NCBI GenBank assembly: GCA_000165345.1
Contig: CM000429.1
Coordinates: forward strand, 320,001 to 384,000
Reading direction: 5' to 3'
DNA length: 64,000 nt
The stretch's first letter is position 1. Each line of letters opens with the position of its first letter. The translations under genes were made by a program, and so were the position numbers. Of the stretch, positions 51,642 to 61,833 are shown in pieces. The notes beneath the pieces are model-generated. The model ran no database searches and was not told where the DNA came from. It saw only the letters and a list, made by a program, of their open reading frames with translations.

Positions 51642-52829
51642 TTAATGCAAGAAGTTATCCACAATACTTGTGGGGTTGTTAATGTTAGGTGGTTGCATAG
51701 GCTGTTTCATGGGAGACATGGTTTGCCTGATCTCTTCTAATATATTTGCGTGGCCATTAATGACGTCAACATTAAGCTGTGAGGACTGATGCTTTAGTAG
51801 AATGCTCCAATGAGAGTCTAAAATTTGTGATTGAACTGAAATCATACCGCTTTCAGTATGGCTATTTTTAGTTCTTAGAATAGAATTTAGTAGTTGATAG
51901 GAGTGCTGGTTGGGATTTAAAGTGATAGACGAGTCTATGGGCATAGATATAGAAACGATTGTGTTAGTGTTTACAGGGCACAATTTTGAAAGGGTTTCTC
52001 TGTCAGCATATAACAATCCTTGCTCTTGCCCTACCTGAATAAGCTCCTGAATCGAATCTTTGATTTTTGATATAGCTTGTTCCAGCTCTAATTGAGACTT
52101 TGTGTAAAAGATAATATTTTCATCATTCTCTTCATCTTGCAAAAGTCCAGAGCTCATATCCATATTAAGCTTATAAATATTATGCCTAGGTTTAGTGAAT
52201 AATCCTACTGCTTCAAGTACATTAGTAATATCGTAAAGCCTTCTTCTAGGCACCCCGAGTTTATTTTCTACACTTTGTAGATCAATTTCATATTTTGGGC
52301 TTTGTTTTGCATATTCAATAACCTTTTCAGTAAGTAATAATAAACCACTTTCTGCTCTAGATTGTTCAGAACCTAATTGAGGGCTTTGTCTAGAAGTTAG
52401 TGATGGCGATAAACTCCTCGGAGAGCTAGACGGGCTATTTGAATAATAAGGAGAAGACTGATGATATGAATTTGGAGAATATGGGTAGTTCATATGTGGC
52501 GGCGGCGAAGTCGATGATCTCCTAATATTTGAAGAATTCCGACTTGCTCTTGCAGGACCAGACTGTATTGGAGGGATATCACTAATTAAATTTCTAGATG
52601 GAATGTTAGTCAAAGATGAACTTTTCATCATTGTATATCCAGAAACACAACTGCTTTCACTAAAAATGCTGTCAGATCTATATAGCATACCTGCATTATT
52701 TACTGGGTTGTCATTGTATAACAAAATATTTTCTTCAAAGTTTGGAGAGTTAATTGGCGAATAATCGTATTGTTGAATGTAAGAGCCATCCTGGAGTGTT
52801 CCCAACTCGCCTTGTTGGCTGTGCTGCAT
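51642..52829 (-). CDS. E2F: E2F-family transcription factor (E2F/DP winged-helix DNA-binding domain)
   Basis: The E2F_TDP core is ...[42 protein letters not shown] (compare human E2F [27 protein letters not shown]). A leucine-zipper/marked-box-like region follows ([19 protein letters not shown]). The N-terminus is Ser/Pro-rich. Confidence 0.8.
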   Translation of the reverse strand: [395 protein letters not shown]

Positions 52830-53206
52830 TGGCTACTTTAATTTTTACTCAAATTTGAACTATCCTATAAAATCTTAAATTATTAGCCCTAACCGCTGTT
52901 CTCTAAATTGACCTGTGCAAAACGAATTTGCGAGGAGCGCCAGAAATAAGGCGCCTTGGTGCTTTTTGCGGTTAATGTAAATTTAGCCCCAATATAAGGT
53001 TTAGTAGCAATTAATTTGAGCAAATTTTTTACTTCAGAGAATAATTTTTTTGCAGTAAATAATATTGACTGCACTCATTGATTATATCGCTCAATTCTGA
53101 TATAGTTTGTTTGGAAAGGCGAGGCCTACTTAATTGGTTTCTCATTTTAGGGAGAGGGGCTAAAAGAATTAGACAACAGTTTCTATTCCGAATTTAGCTG
53201 GTAAAA

Positions 53207-54955
53207 ATGTCATCTTCACGTTCAAACTCGCCATATGATACAGATAGGCATAGAGGAAACTATGAATGGGAGGATAATGATAGAAGGAGAGTTGCAGATA
53301 ATGAGGGGCGCAGAGATCGCGACTTTGACAGTGAAAGAGGAAGAAGGCGTGAGCACTATGGAGGAAGAGATAGAAGAAGAGATTTCAGAAGAAGATCAGT
53401 AGAGAACTCAAGAGGTGGGAGGCATAGGGATGATGAAAACATGGATAAGGGTAAAAATGATGATCAGAATAATTCTCAATGGGAGCGTGAACGCGAAAAA
53501 GAAAGAGACAGAGATAGGGAAAGAGATAGAGAAAGAGATAGAGATAGAGATAGAGATAGAGATAGAGATAGAGATAGAGATAGAGAAAGAGATAGAGAAA
53601 GAGATAGAGAAAGAGATAGAGAAAGAGATAGAGATAGAGAAAGAGATAGAGATAGAGAAAGAGATAGGGAACGAGATAGGGATAGGTACAAAGAAAAAAT
53701 TAAAGATAGAGGATATATGGAAAAGAAGCGATCAAAAGGTTATCGATCAAAAAGGAGATCATCTTCTGTATCTTCAGATGACTCAGATTTGCCCCCAAGG
53801 AGATACAGAGAATTCAAAAGCAGAAATAGGAGGCGTAGAAGAAGTGTTTCTAGCTCTAGGTCATCTAGTGAGGTAAGCAGTTCTTCTGAATATGAAAGGC
53901 GCGACAGAAACTACGAAAGAGGCCGTGGAAGAGATAGGGATCGTTACAAAAGAAGCCGAAGAAATTATTCTTCTGATGAATCTTCTCCTGAGCGAGCCTA
54001 CAGACACAGGGAAAACAAGTATAGTAAAAAACATAAAAACTATTATTCTGAATCAGGATCTAGCTCTGATTCAGAAATCGATCGATCTGGACATAAGAGG
54101 CGCCATGAACCAGACAATTACGACTGGAAAGATAGATCAAAAGACTTTCATGTAGATATCCAAGAGGAAAACCATTCATCAAAGAAATGGCAGCCAGCCT
54201 CTAGCAGCTCAGTTGAGAAAGAAGGATCCGGCTACACTTCAAAGAATAATGTAGATACTTCCAGGAATAATACTAATGTTGAACTGAATAATTACAATTC
54301 AAGTTATGAAGAAGGCATCCCAGAAAACTCCACATGTGTGACTCTTTGTGAGAGGTTAATGGATATTAGAAATATGAGCGAGCCTCAAAGATGTAATAAG
54401 TCAATTGCCAAACTTCTAGATTTGATCCTTGACAATAGCGACGAATTTTTGGCTGAAGATACTGCTGGGAGAGAGCTCACTAAACAACAATTTATTACAT
54501 GGTTTGTAATAAACCAGCAAAATGGTCCCTCTATTGCTGATTCTGAAGTTACATCTTCCAAAATGGAAAATAGGAGGCAAAGGTTTACTAGGGTGAACAA
54601 AAGATTGTTTACCGAGATATCCTCTTCTGAATCATATTCGTTAGACTTTGAAGAATTAAGGGACAAAGAATCTGATGAAACTATTAATACTCAAATAGTC
54701 CTTTATGGATGCAAAAAAGGAAAGCTAATAAGAGTTTATGTTATTAAAGACAAGGATGACCTTACTATGAAGGATAACATATCTCTTAACAAGCTAAAAA
54801 GTCATAAGATTTTTGCTGTTTTTCTTAGATACTTACAAAAGAAAGGAATAAAATACCCGCGTAATAACTACGGAAATGATGAGGACCAAAATCCACATTT
54901 TGACGGGGTCTTTCACTACTACGACTTTGTCAACAATCAAAATATAATAGAGTAA
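53207..54955 (+). CDS. Arg-Asp/Arg-Glu (RD/RE) and RS-repeat protein, probable splicing/RNA-processing factor with conserved C-terminal domain
   Basis: The N-terminal 170 aa are an (RD/RE)n dipeptide repeat encoded by an (AGAGAT)n microsatellite. RS/SR-type stretches follow ([23 protein letters not shown]). The C-terminal 200 aa are non-repetitive. Confidence 0.65.
   Translation: MSSSRSNSPYDTDRHRGNYEWEDNDRRRVADNEGRRDRDFDSERGRRREHYGGRDRRRDFRRRSVENSRGGRHRDDENMDKGKNDDQNNSQWEREREKERDRDRERDRERDRDRDRDRDRDRDRDRERDRERDRERDRERDRDRERDRDRERDRERDRDRYKEKIKDRGYMEKKRSKGYRSKRRSSSVSSDDSDLPPRRYREFKSRNRRRRRSVSSSRSSSEVSSSSEYERRDRNYERGRGRDRDRYKRSRRNYSSDESSPERAYRHRENKYSKKHKNYYSESGSSSDSEIDRSGHKRRHEPDNYDWKDRSKDFHVDIQEENHSSKKWQPASSSSVEKEGSGYTSKNNVDTSRNNTNVELNNYNSSYEEGIPENSTCVTLCERLMDIRNMSEPQRCNKSIAKLLDLILDNSDEFLAEDTAGRELTKQQFITWFVINQQNGPSIADSEVTSSKMENRRQRFTRVNKRLFTEISSSESYSLDFEELRDKESDETINTQIVLYGCKKGKLIRVYVIKDKDDLTMKDNISLNKLKSHKIFAVFLRYLQKKGIKYPRNNYGNDEDQNPHFDGVFHYYDFVNNQNIIE
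53503..53687 (+). repeat. (AGAGAT)n hexanucleotide microsatellite, ~30 units, in-frame coding for (RD/RE)n
   Basis: Near-perfect GAGATA/GAGAAA iteration. Other frames give (EI)n and, on the minus strand, (SL)n, which explains the spurious track ORFs 53415..53876 and 53476..53691. Confidence 0.9.
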
Positions 54956-55100
54956 TCTTTAGATGGCATTCGCTGATATAATTTTCACTAATATTGTTTT
55001 TTTTTTATAAGACTATTCGATAAAGCTCAGTCGTTAAATATATAAATTAGTATCTATAAAAGTTTGTGCTAAAATAATATATATAGTATTTTGAAGTATT

Positions 55101-57893
55101 TCAACGTTTCGAGTCCAAATTGGAGGCTCCTGAAACGACCATAACACTATAGCTAATGTTGGAATCATTATTTAGAACATTATTTGTTAAACTGCTAGCC
55201 GCTGTTGCTGCATAGCTTGCATTACTGCCGTTCTTACCATTACCCGATTGCTGTTTTAATCCCTTTGACTGAATACTCGACGATACACTAGACCCGCCGC
55301 TTGTGGAAGATGTAAATGTAGAAGTCGAAGTTGCTGTCAAATTCCCCGATGGAATCGTAACATTATTCACAGTGGGCAACTGCGCTGCGGACTGGTATTG
55401 GGATTGAGACTGAGCTTGAGACTGAGATTGGGATTGCCCTTGGTTTTGATTAGCAACCTCAGAATTCCCATTTGAAAGAGTAGGATGGCGTAGTTTGCCA
55501 TCTCTTGTCCTTAATTCAGCTTCACCATGAGCAAACTTACAATCTGCCTCTAACCAGCAATAGCCACGCATCCAGTGCCTGCAGAGTGCTCTTTTGTAAT
55601 TGTAAGGTTCTCCATGAGCACCAAGAGCAGTTGATGAATCTTCGTCTGTATTAACCGACAATAAATTATTAGAGCTATCATTACTAATGTTCGACATATC
55701 GCTATTAACTGATGCCTGATTTTCAGATCTCCCAGTGCTTGATGAAGTTGTAGTCACACCTCCGCTATTGCTATCATTTTTATGTAGAACTGCGTCAATA
55801 TAGGACACATTTCCTGTTGAAATATTCAAATTTCCCACAACCCCGGGTTTTCCAGAGTTAATTGTATTTTGCTTCGAGTTATTTGCAGAAAGAGCACTAC
55901 CTATATTTAAATTATTTCTGATTGAACCTTCATTTCTCACCCCCATCATGGAGATCAATTTAGGGTTTGAACCAGTTGAGGGGTTATTATTATTAATGTT
56001 CTGGTTTGAGCCTGAAGTGGAAATGCTGGATAGTTTTGGACTATTTGACGAATTCAAGCATTCATTTTGTTGGGAGTTCCCCGTATTTAGCCCATTATTA
56101 TTATTGATGCTAGATGTAACACTAGATATCTTCGTTGAGTCTTTGGATGATGGTATCTGCTTAATTAATGCACTTGTTAATGGAGGAAACGCAGAACTAT
56201 TAAATAACTGTGTATTGGTATTGGTGTCATTAATTGAGCTATTAATATTATTTGAACCGCTGTCCTCATTAATAGCAATCAAGTGGTTATCCATATTAGA
56301 GCCAATTTGCAAGTCTCTATTCTCTAACTTGTTTTCAGTGAGGTTAGAGCCATTAATATATGCCTCATTGACACCACTTTCCACTGAAATTCCGTCTCCT
56401 TCCCCTGTGCATGCATTATTATCTGAATTATCCAAGGGCTTCATATTTTGGTGGCTGCTTAAGGTAGCCCCACCATTATTGCTTCTATTATTTCTCTCGT
56501 TGATATTTACATTGTTGATATGCTCACTGATTAACATATTGTTTTTGTTTTGTGAGTCGCAAATAACTTGGTTTTGCGAATTAATATCAAATCCTAATCC
56601 AAGACAAAACCTTTGAAAATCAACATCGACGGATGTAGTAGATGGTATAATGCCGTTGTGATTATTTGCCTGGTTAAATGAATTCATACTATTGCATGCC
56701 ATTGGATTTTGAACGGTCCAAGTATATATAGAATTATTTTGGTAAATATCTGATGCATTATTTGAAATACTTATTAAGTTTGGTGCCGTAGTATTAAAAG
56801 AGCTAACATTAATGCCTGGTTGATATAAGTTGTCTTTATTTCCTTCATTAATCAAGTCGCATACCTTTTTATCAGTTTCTATAATAGAATTTCTCGTCTC
56901 ACTCAAATTGTTCATTGCGCCGTTGACAATCTTAGAATTTTGTCCATTATTCAGTATGCCATTAGCTCCGTTGTTACACTGTTTCATATGATTTATATTG
57001 GTATTTGTATCAGAAATACCTTCCGTATTGGAGCAATTCATATTTGGATTTAAGTTGTTGCTATTAATATTGTTATCATAAGAGTTAAAATCATGCAAAA
57101 ACCCATTAGATGGAGAATAACCACCACTTGTAGACATCCAAGGATCTGATATAAACGAGCCATTAGTGGAACTTCCCGTAGTATTATGGTTTACTGTGTT
57201 GTTCTGCAATGCTACAGAATTGTGCGAATGGTTCCAAAATCCATCATTAAGCACTCCGCCAAATGGCGATGGCTGAGAATTTGGAATATTTACATTAGGA
57301 GTGCCAACACCTACATTAATCGAGTTCATTCCGCAAACGACACCAGGAATGGAATTCCCCCTCATATATATAAAGCTATCTTGATTAAATCCCTCTCCGG
57401 CACTGGTACTATTACTTTTATAATAAGGAGATGTAGCGCATGTACTAGAGCTACTTGATTGAAATCCTGGATTACAAATGGCAGTAAGGTTTTGTGGTAG
57501 CCAACAAGAAAGATCAAGTGGTAATCCGCCTCCAACTGAAGATAGACAGTTAGTATTGGAGCTAGATCCATTTGGTATAGCAGTAGCTGACACAATCGCC
57601 GCTGGATTCACAGAGTTTATTACACCATTCATAGATATACCAGGATTATTTATAGATATTGACAATTTCTGTCCCTTGTTATTACCTTTAAAAAAACAAA
57701 ATGGGCAGCTTCCGTTATTCTTGTTAATTAATTCATCCTTATAGCAATCTTCACAAACAACTTGCTGGCAACACTGAAGAACTACTCCCGGAATATTATT
57801 CGATATGCCAATTTGTCTTAAACATAATGAACAATCATTTTCTATCTCTGTCAAAGACCATAAAAAAGTGTCATTCGCTGAATCTGTATCCAT
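55101..57893 (-). CDS. RING (C4C4, Not4-like) + CCCH zinc-finger protein with long Asn/Ser-rich low-complexity core
   Basis: The N-terminus has CSLCLRQ...QCCQQVVCEDCY...SCPFC, a C4C4 RING like the one in CNOT4. Near the C-terminus C-x8-C-x5-C-x3-H (CRHWMRGYCWLEADCKFAH) is a CCCH finger. The rest is N/S/G-rich. Confidence 0.6.
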   Translation of the reverse strand: MDTDSANDTFLWSLTEIENDCSLCLRQIGISNNIPGVVLQCCQQVVCEDCYKDELINKNNGSCPFCFFKGNNKGQKLSISINNPGISMNGVINSVNPAAIVSATAIPNGSSSNTNCLSSVGGGLPLDLSCWLPQNLTAICNPGFQSSSSSTCATSPYYKSNSTSAGEGFNQDSFIYMRGNSIPGVVCGMNSINVGVGTPNVNIPNSQPSPFGGVLNDGFWNHSHNSVALQNNTVNHNTTGSSTNGSFISDPWMSTSGGYSPSNGFLHDFNSYDNNINSNNLNPNMNCSNTEGISDTNTNINHMKQCNNGANGILNNGQNSKIVNGAMNNLSETRNSIIETDKKVCDLINEGNKDNLYQPGINVSSFNTTAPNLISISNNASDIYQNNSIYTWTVQNPMACNSMNSFNQANNHNGIIPSTTSVDVDFQRFCLGLGFDINSQNQVICDSQNKNNMLISEHINNVNINERNNRSNNGGATLSSHQNMKPLDNSDNNACTGEGDGISVESGVNEAYINGSNLTENKLENRDLQIGSNMDNHLIAINEDSGSNNINSSINDTNTNTQLFNSSAFPPLTSALIKQIPSSKDSTKISSVTSSINNNNGLNTGNSQQNECLNSSNSPKLSSISTSGSNQNINNNNPSTGSNPKLISMMGVRNEGSIRNNLNIGSALSANNSKQNTINSGKPGVVGNLNISTGNVSYIDAVLHKNDSNSGGVTTTSSSTGRSENQASVNSDMSNISNDSSNNLLSVNTDEDSSTALGAHGEPYNYKRALCRHWMRGYCWLEADCKFAHGEAELRTRDGKLRHPTLSNGNSEVANQNQGQSQSQSQAQSQSQYQSAAQLPTVNNVTIPSGNLTATSTSTFTSSTSGGSSVSSSIQSKGLKQQSGNGKNGSNASYAATAASSLTNNVLNNDSNISYSVMVVSGASNLDSKR

Positions 57894-58789
57894 AGCAGCT
57901 TGAAGGTTTTATACTCTCATCCCCAATATGATTGCCTAATATAATATAAGATTTGCTCTGAAAGCGTTTTTTAATTATAAAACAACTCTCGTTTTCTTTT
58001 TTTTATTTTGGACGATTTTCCCCTTCTCCCTCTTAATAGAATAATATTAAACCTTCTATAGTCAATTCTTAACTGCTAAGCTAATAATACTTAGATTGAC
58101 GGTATTATTATAGGCTATTATTGATTGTTGTCTGGCTGTCTATACCTTTTTGCGCTTTAAACCTTTCCCCCTTAATACACGTACGTAGAAAGACGTATAC
58201 CCACAACTTTCTATTTTACTTTCACTTTCCTCATTCTATTTTCTTAGTCCACTAACAATTTAATGCCCCTTAAATTAACAAGGTCATATGTATTGTCTCC
58301 CACCGCCCATTTGGATGGGCGGCACCATAATTTTAGAAAGTTTAATTGTGACTGAATTTTTATTGACTGCTATAGATGCCCTCCTTTACTGTATGGCTTC
58401 GAAAATATTCGATAGTGCGTGCTAATCCAACCCTTGAATTCCCTGTTAGGATTCCCAAATATGTACATTTCTGTTATAGGCTACTGCTCTTCATTACTTT
58501 GATTTCTTAGCTTCGCATTCTCTACAATATAATTTATACAAGTTCATTATTGGCGCTCACAAAAGCTCCATCAGAGAGGCGCGGATTGACTGTTTTCAAC
58601 TTGACAGTTTGTGGAAATCAATAGTCAGACCGCACCGTTCATTAAAGGCAGCAATTGAACTCGACTTAGAGTTGAATCGAAACTGATCCTTCTCATTCAT
58701 TTGTATACTGTGAATACGAATATGAGATTTTGACTGCTTTACATTAAAATTTTTGCAAGTTAATAAGGTATCGTGATTATTTGGCTTCA

Positions 58790-59368
58790 ATGTTGTCTAT
58801 TTCTCCAATTCGCGGAAATAAAAAAGGCGTTCTACGAATGCCGAATAGTGAGGTAAAGGAAAGAAGCAAACCTAAGTGCTCTGTTGCGTTCTGTGAGACG
58901 GTCGAATTTAGAACTGTTTATGTAACTAAACAAGAGAGACTAGGTCAGTTTTATGACCTAACTCATTGGGATTTCATTAATGAAGACAATCAAGAGCATA
59001 CACAAAACCTTATTGCAGACTTTGCAGCAACATGCATTCCTCTCAAGGATTCAGATGAATCAACTGGAAATCGGAAAATAAAGAGGTTATTCTGGAACTA
59101 CAACGACGAGAATTGCTGTAATAACTTTACTATTTCTTGGCTTAATTCATGCTCTAACGAAGAATCCAGTTTCAGCACTGAAATGGATCAGGACTCAATA
59201 TTTCATCATTTTGAAGATAGTTATTCGAACGAAATCGAATACGATCAACAAGATGTAACATTCCAAGAATTTGATGCTGACTTCAATTGTGAGGAATTTG
59301 AAGACAGTTTAGACGATGATTATTTTATTGAAAGCGAAGAAATTAGTATTAGTATTAGCTACAAATGA
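58790..59368 (+). CDS. Hypothetical small acidic protein (192 aa)
   Basis: ORF from the first ATG, with an acidic C-terminus (EFEDSLDDDYFIESEE). No family is recognised. Confidence 0.4.
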   Translation: MLSISPIRGNKKGVLRMPNSEVKERSKPKCSVAFCETVEFRTVYVTKQERLGQFYDLTHWDFINEDNQEHTQNLIADFAATCIPLKDSDESTGNRKIKRLFWNYNDENCCNNFTISWLNSCSNEESSFSTEMDQDSIFHHFEDSYSNEIEYDQQDVTFQEFDADFNCEEFEDSLDDDYFIESEEISISISYK

Positions 59369-59755
59369 GTCTATCTGATCGATTTATCACAATCTATTCA
59401 GTTAAAATATATGATGTTTATATATACTATACTAGAAAAAGTAAGGATTGGTTTTTAATTTATGTAGTAAGAAAAAAGCGAAAGTTTGGATATGTTGATA
59501 TGGCTTATTACGTAAAGGATTCATTTACAACATAGGAATTCATCTTTGGTCAATATTCGAAGCTAAGCCACAGTAATTACTATATTTTTTTATTTGCTTG
59601 TGGCAACTTCAATGACAGAATATTGCGGCTTTTAAAGGCATAAAATTTCCTCCCGCTTAAAGACAAACTTTTAAATTAAGTGTTATGAACAAATTCCTTT
59701 CAATTTTGTAAATTAGGTAGATTTGGATTTTCTACATATTACTGTATTTGGTTCG

Positions 59756-60109
59756 ATGGTAGATTCAGAAGTGACAATTTTTGATAGAATAGTTAGTGGG
59801 GAGATACCATGCAGGAAAATTTATGAAGATGATTTATGTATTTCCTTTCATGACATTAACCCTGTAGCACCAGTACACGCATTGCTAGTTCCGAAAAAGA
59901 GGAGTGGTCTAACAAGGCTTAGCAAAGCTACTGAAACACACAAGGAAATATTGGGGCACCTAATGACCAAAGTTCCGGTAGTTGCCAAACTTTTAGATCT
60001 AGATGACTTTAGAATTGTAATTAATGATGGCGAGAGTTCATGTCAAACAGTATTCCATTTACATATCCACATACTAGGTGGTCGTAACTTTACATGGCCA
60101 CCAGGTTAA
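59756..60109 (+). CDS. HINT: HINT-type histidine triad nucleotide-binding protein
   Basis: MVDSEVTIFDRIVSGEIPCRKIYEDDLCISFHDINPVAPVHALLVPKK...HLHIHILGGRNFTWPPG aligns along its whole length with human HINT1 ([42 protein letters not shown]...HVHLHVLGGRQMHWPPG). The track start is TTG and has been moved to the ATG. Confidence 0.9.
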   Translation: MVDSEVTIFDRIVSGEIPCRKIYEDDLCISFHDINPVAPVHALLVPKKRSGLTRLSKATETHKEILGHLMTKVPVVAKLLDLDDFRIVINDGESSCQTVFHLHIHILGGRNFTWPPG

Positions 60110-60180
60110 GTATTTAATTTAACATTTATTCTCTTTAGCAATTACGATCTCGTATTTTAGTATTTTTGTCTTAATTTGAT

Positions 60181-60199
60181 GGGGGGGGGGTGCATGCAT
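60181..60199. promoter_or_regulatory. G10 tract followed by TGCATGCAT
   Basis: A unique homopolymer G run in a 30%-GC genome. It abuts a GCATGC motif about 100 bp upstream of the 60290 ATG. Confidence 0.3.
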
Positions 60200-60289
60200 C
60201 TTCTCTTTGCCCCCTCATGTTTGTTTTACGTCCAGTTAGGAAATGTAGTTGATCTTTAAATTATTACTCATTTGGTTTGTATTTTTCAA

Positions 60290-61687
60290 ATGATAATGGA
60301 GCACGACTCAAATTATGGATGTTCTGGCGAAAATGGTAGGATATATGCTAGTGTGGGATATGAATCCTGTAGCGGAGGCATCACAGAAGGTAATTTGCAG
60401 GTTTCTCATTCTAATCAGCACATAAATATTGATGATATTAGAAACATTAGCCCTCAAAAATTAATTTGTGAGAACTCATCTTGTTTTAATAATAATGATA
60501 ATAATAATTTGTACGAACCTGTAAATTTGACAAATTCATTTATGGATCATAGAGAATCAGGCTCGTTGCCTACTGTTAGGAGAAACTCTATGAGAGGAAG
60601 AAGGAGGTATAGAAGAACACTATTAAGAAACTATGAGCAACCTCTTGGACAAAACTCTCATGGAAATCAAACTTATATAGAGCATTGCGATGACTTTGAA
60701 TCAAATAATCAGAGACGTGTATATTTAAGAAATCCAAACATTGGGGGAGCAAACGGAGGAATGAACTATTCTAGTTTTAAGTTCAATAGTAATTTTGACA
60801 ATTATTCAAAGGTTTCAAAACCTTCTTGGGATGGAGGCAGATTAGTCAAGCTTTTACAAGGGCATGGTTTAAATATAGAAAATTATGAAAAAGAGAACAA
60901 ATGCCTCTTAAACAAAAGTTGGGGTTCCAAACAAATAAATACTCAGAATAGTCAATTAGGTAGTATTAGTAACAATAGAGATTTTAGTACTTCTGCAGTT
61001 TTAAATGGCCAAAGTTACGTTCAGTTAAGCCATATATATCACGGAGTCAATTTAAAAGTTTGTGATGTCGTTGAGCACCAAAAAATATCGAATACGAAGA
61101 ATATACAGAGTCTCCCTTCATATGCAAATGATCAAAAGGATAGTTTTGGGTTATGCCACAAAGAGACTTTAATTCATGAAGGAAACCCGTTAAACCAGAT
61201 TAATCATTTAGAAAAAAAAGTATTTCTCCAAGATAACCTTACAGAAGGTGATTCAATATCAAATGAAAGCCTTGAAACTCAAAAAACAGATAGATTTGCA
61301 CTAGTTTCTTCTTTCGAAAATCAGCATTTATTAAAATCAAATCAAAATATTGAAGATTCCAGCAATATAATTGGAATCACTCATAAAAACTCTCTCTTCA
61401 ACCTTTATGAAAGTTCTAAAGAATCTGACTTTAATTCTGAAAGAAAATACAGTATAACTTCTCTTATACCTGGTATGGATAAACAAGTAGTAAATATTGA
61501 TAATCAGCTGTCGTTTAATATGGAAGAACATGAAAGCGAGCACGCTTCAAATTCTACTTATTGTGATTTAAATCATTCATTATATAATATTTCTCAAGAA
61601 GAACTTTTTATTACTCTTGGAGATACCCCAACATCAAAATCTAACTATAACATTTCAACTATTTTCGTTCCAAATCAAGATTCATGA
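60290..61687 (+). CDS. Hypothetical Asn/Ser-rich low-complexity protein (466 aa)
   Basis: ORF from first ATG. A G10 tract and GCATGCAT lie about 100 bp upstream. No family is recognised. Confidence 0.45.
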   Translation: MIMEHDSNYGCSGENGRIYASVGYESCSGGITEGNLQVSHSNQHINIDDIRNISPQKLICENSSCFNNNDNNNLYEPVNLTNSFMDHRESGSLPTVRRNSMRGRRRYRRTLLRNYEQPLGQNSHGNQTYIEHCDDFESNNQRRVYLRNPNIGGANGGMNYSSFKFNSNFDNYSKVSKPSWDGGRLVKLLQGHGLNIENYEKENKCLLNKSWGSKQINTQNSQLGSISNNRDFSTSAVLNGQSYVQLSHIYHGVNLKVCDVVEHQKISNTKNIQSLPSYANDQKDSFGLCHKETLIHEGNPLNQINHLEKKVFLQDNLTEGDSISNESLETQKTDRFALVSSFENQHLLKSNQNIEDSSNIIGITHKNSLFNLYESSKESDFNSERKYSITSLIPGMDKQVVNIDNQLSFNMEEHESEHASNSTYCDLNHSLYNISQEELFITLGDTPTSKSNYNISTIFVPNQDS

Positions 61688-61833
61688 ATGAAATTTGGAA
61701 TGTCAGTCATTTAAAAATATGCCCAATAGAATTACAAATTAAATACCTAAGATTAATTGTTAATTAGATGTTCAGGAAAGCAAACTAGCCTGATTCTACC
61801 TTCATCTGTTGCGTTTAAAGCAACGCAATAATA

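Noticed and set aside
53415-53876. ORFs 53415..53876 (+, EIEI...) and 53476..53691 (-, SLSLSL...)
   Set aside because: These are alternative-frame readings of the (AGAGAT)n microsatellite inside the RD/RE-repeat gene, not independent genes.
55948-56616. 222-aa + strand ORF (and 57186..57744 ORFs) inside the RING-CCCH gene
   Set aside because: It is antisense to a long low-complexity Asn/Ser region. Codon-poor sequence there leaves all frames open. No motifs are present.
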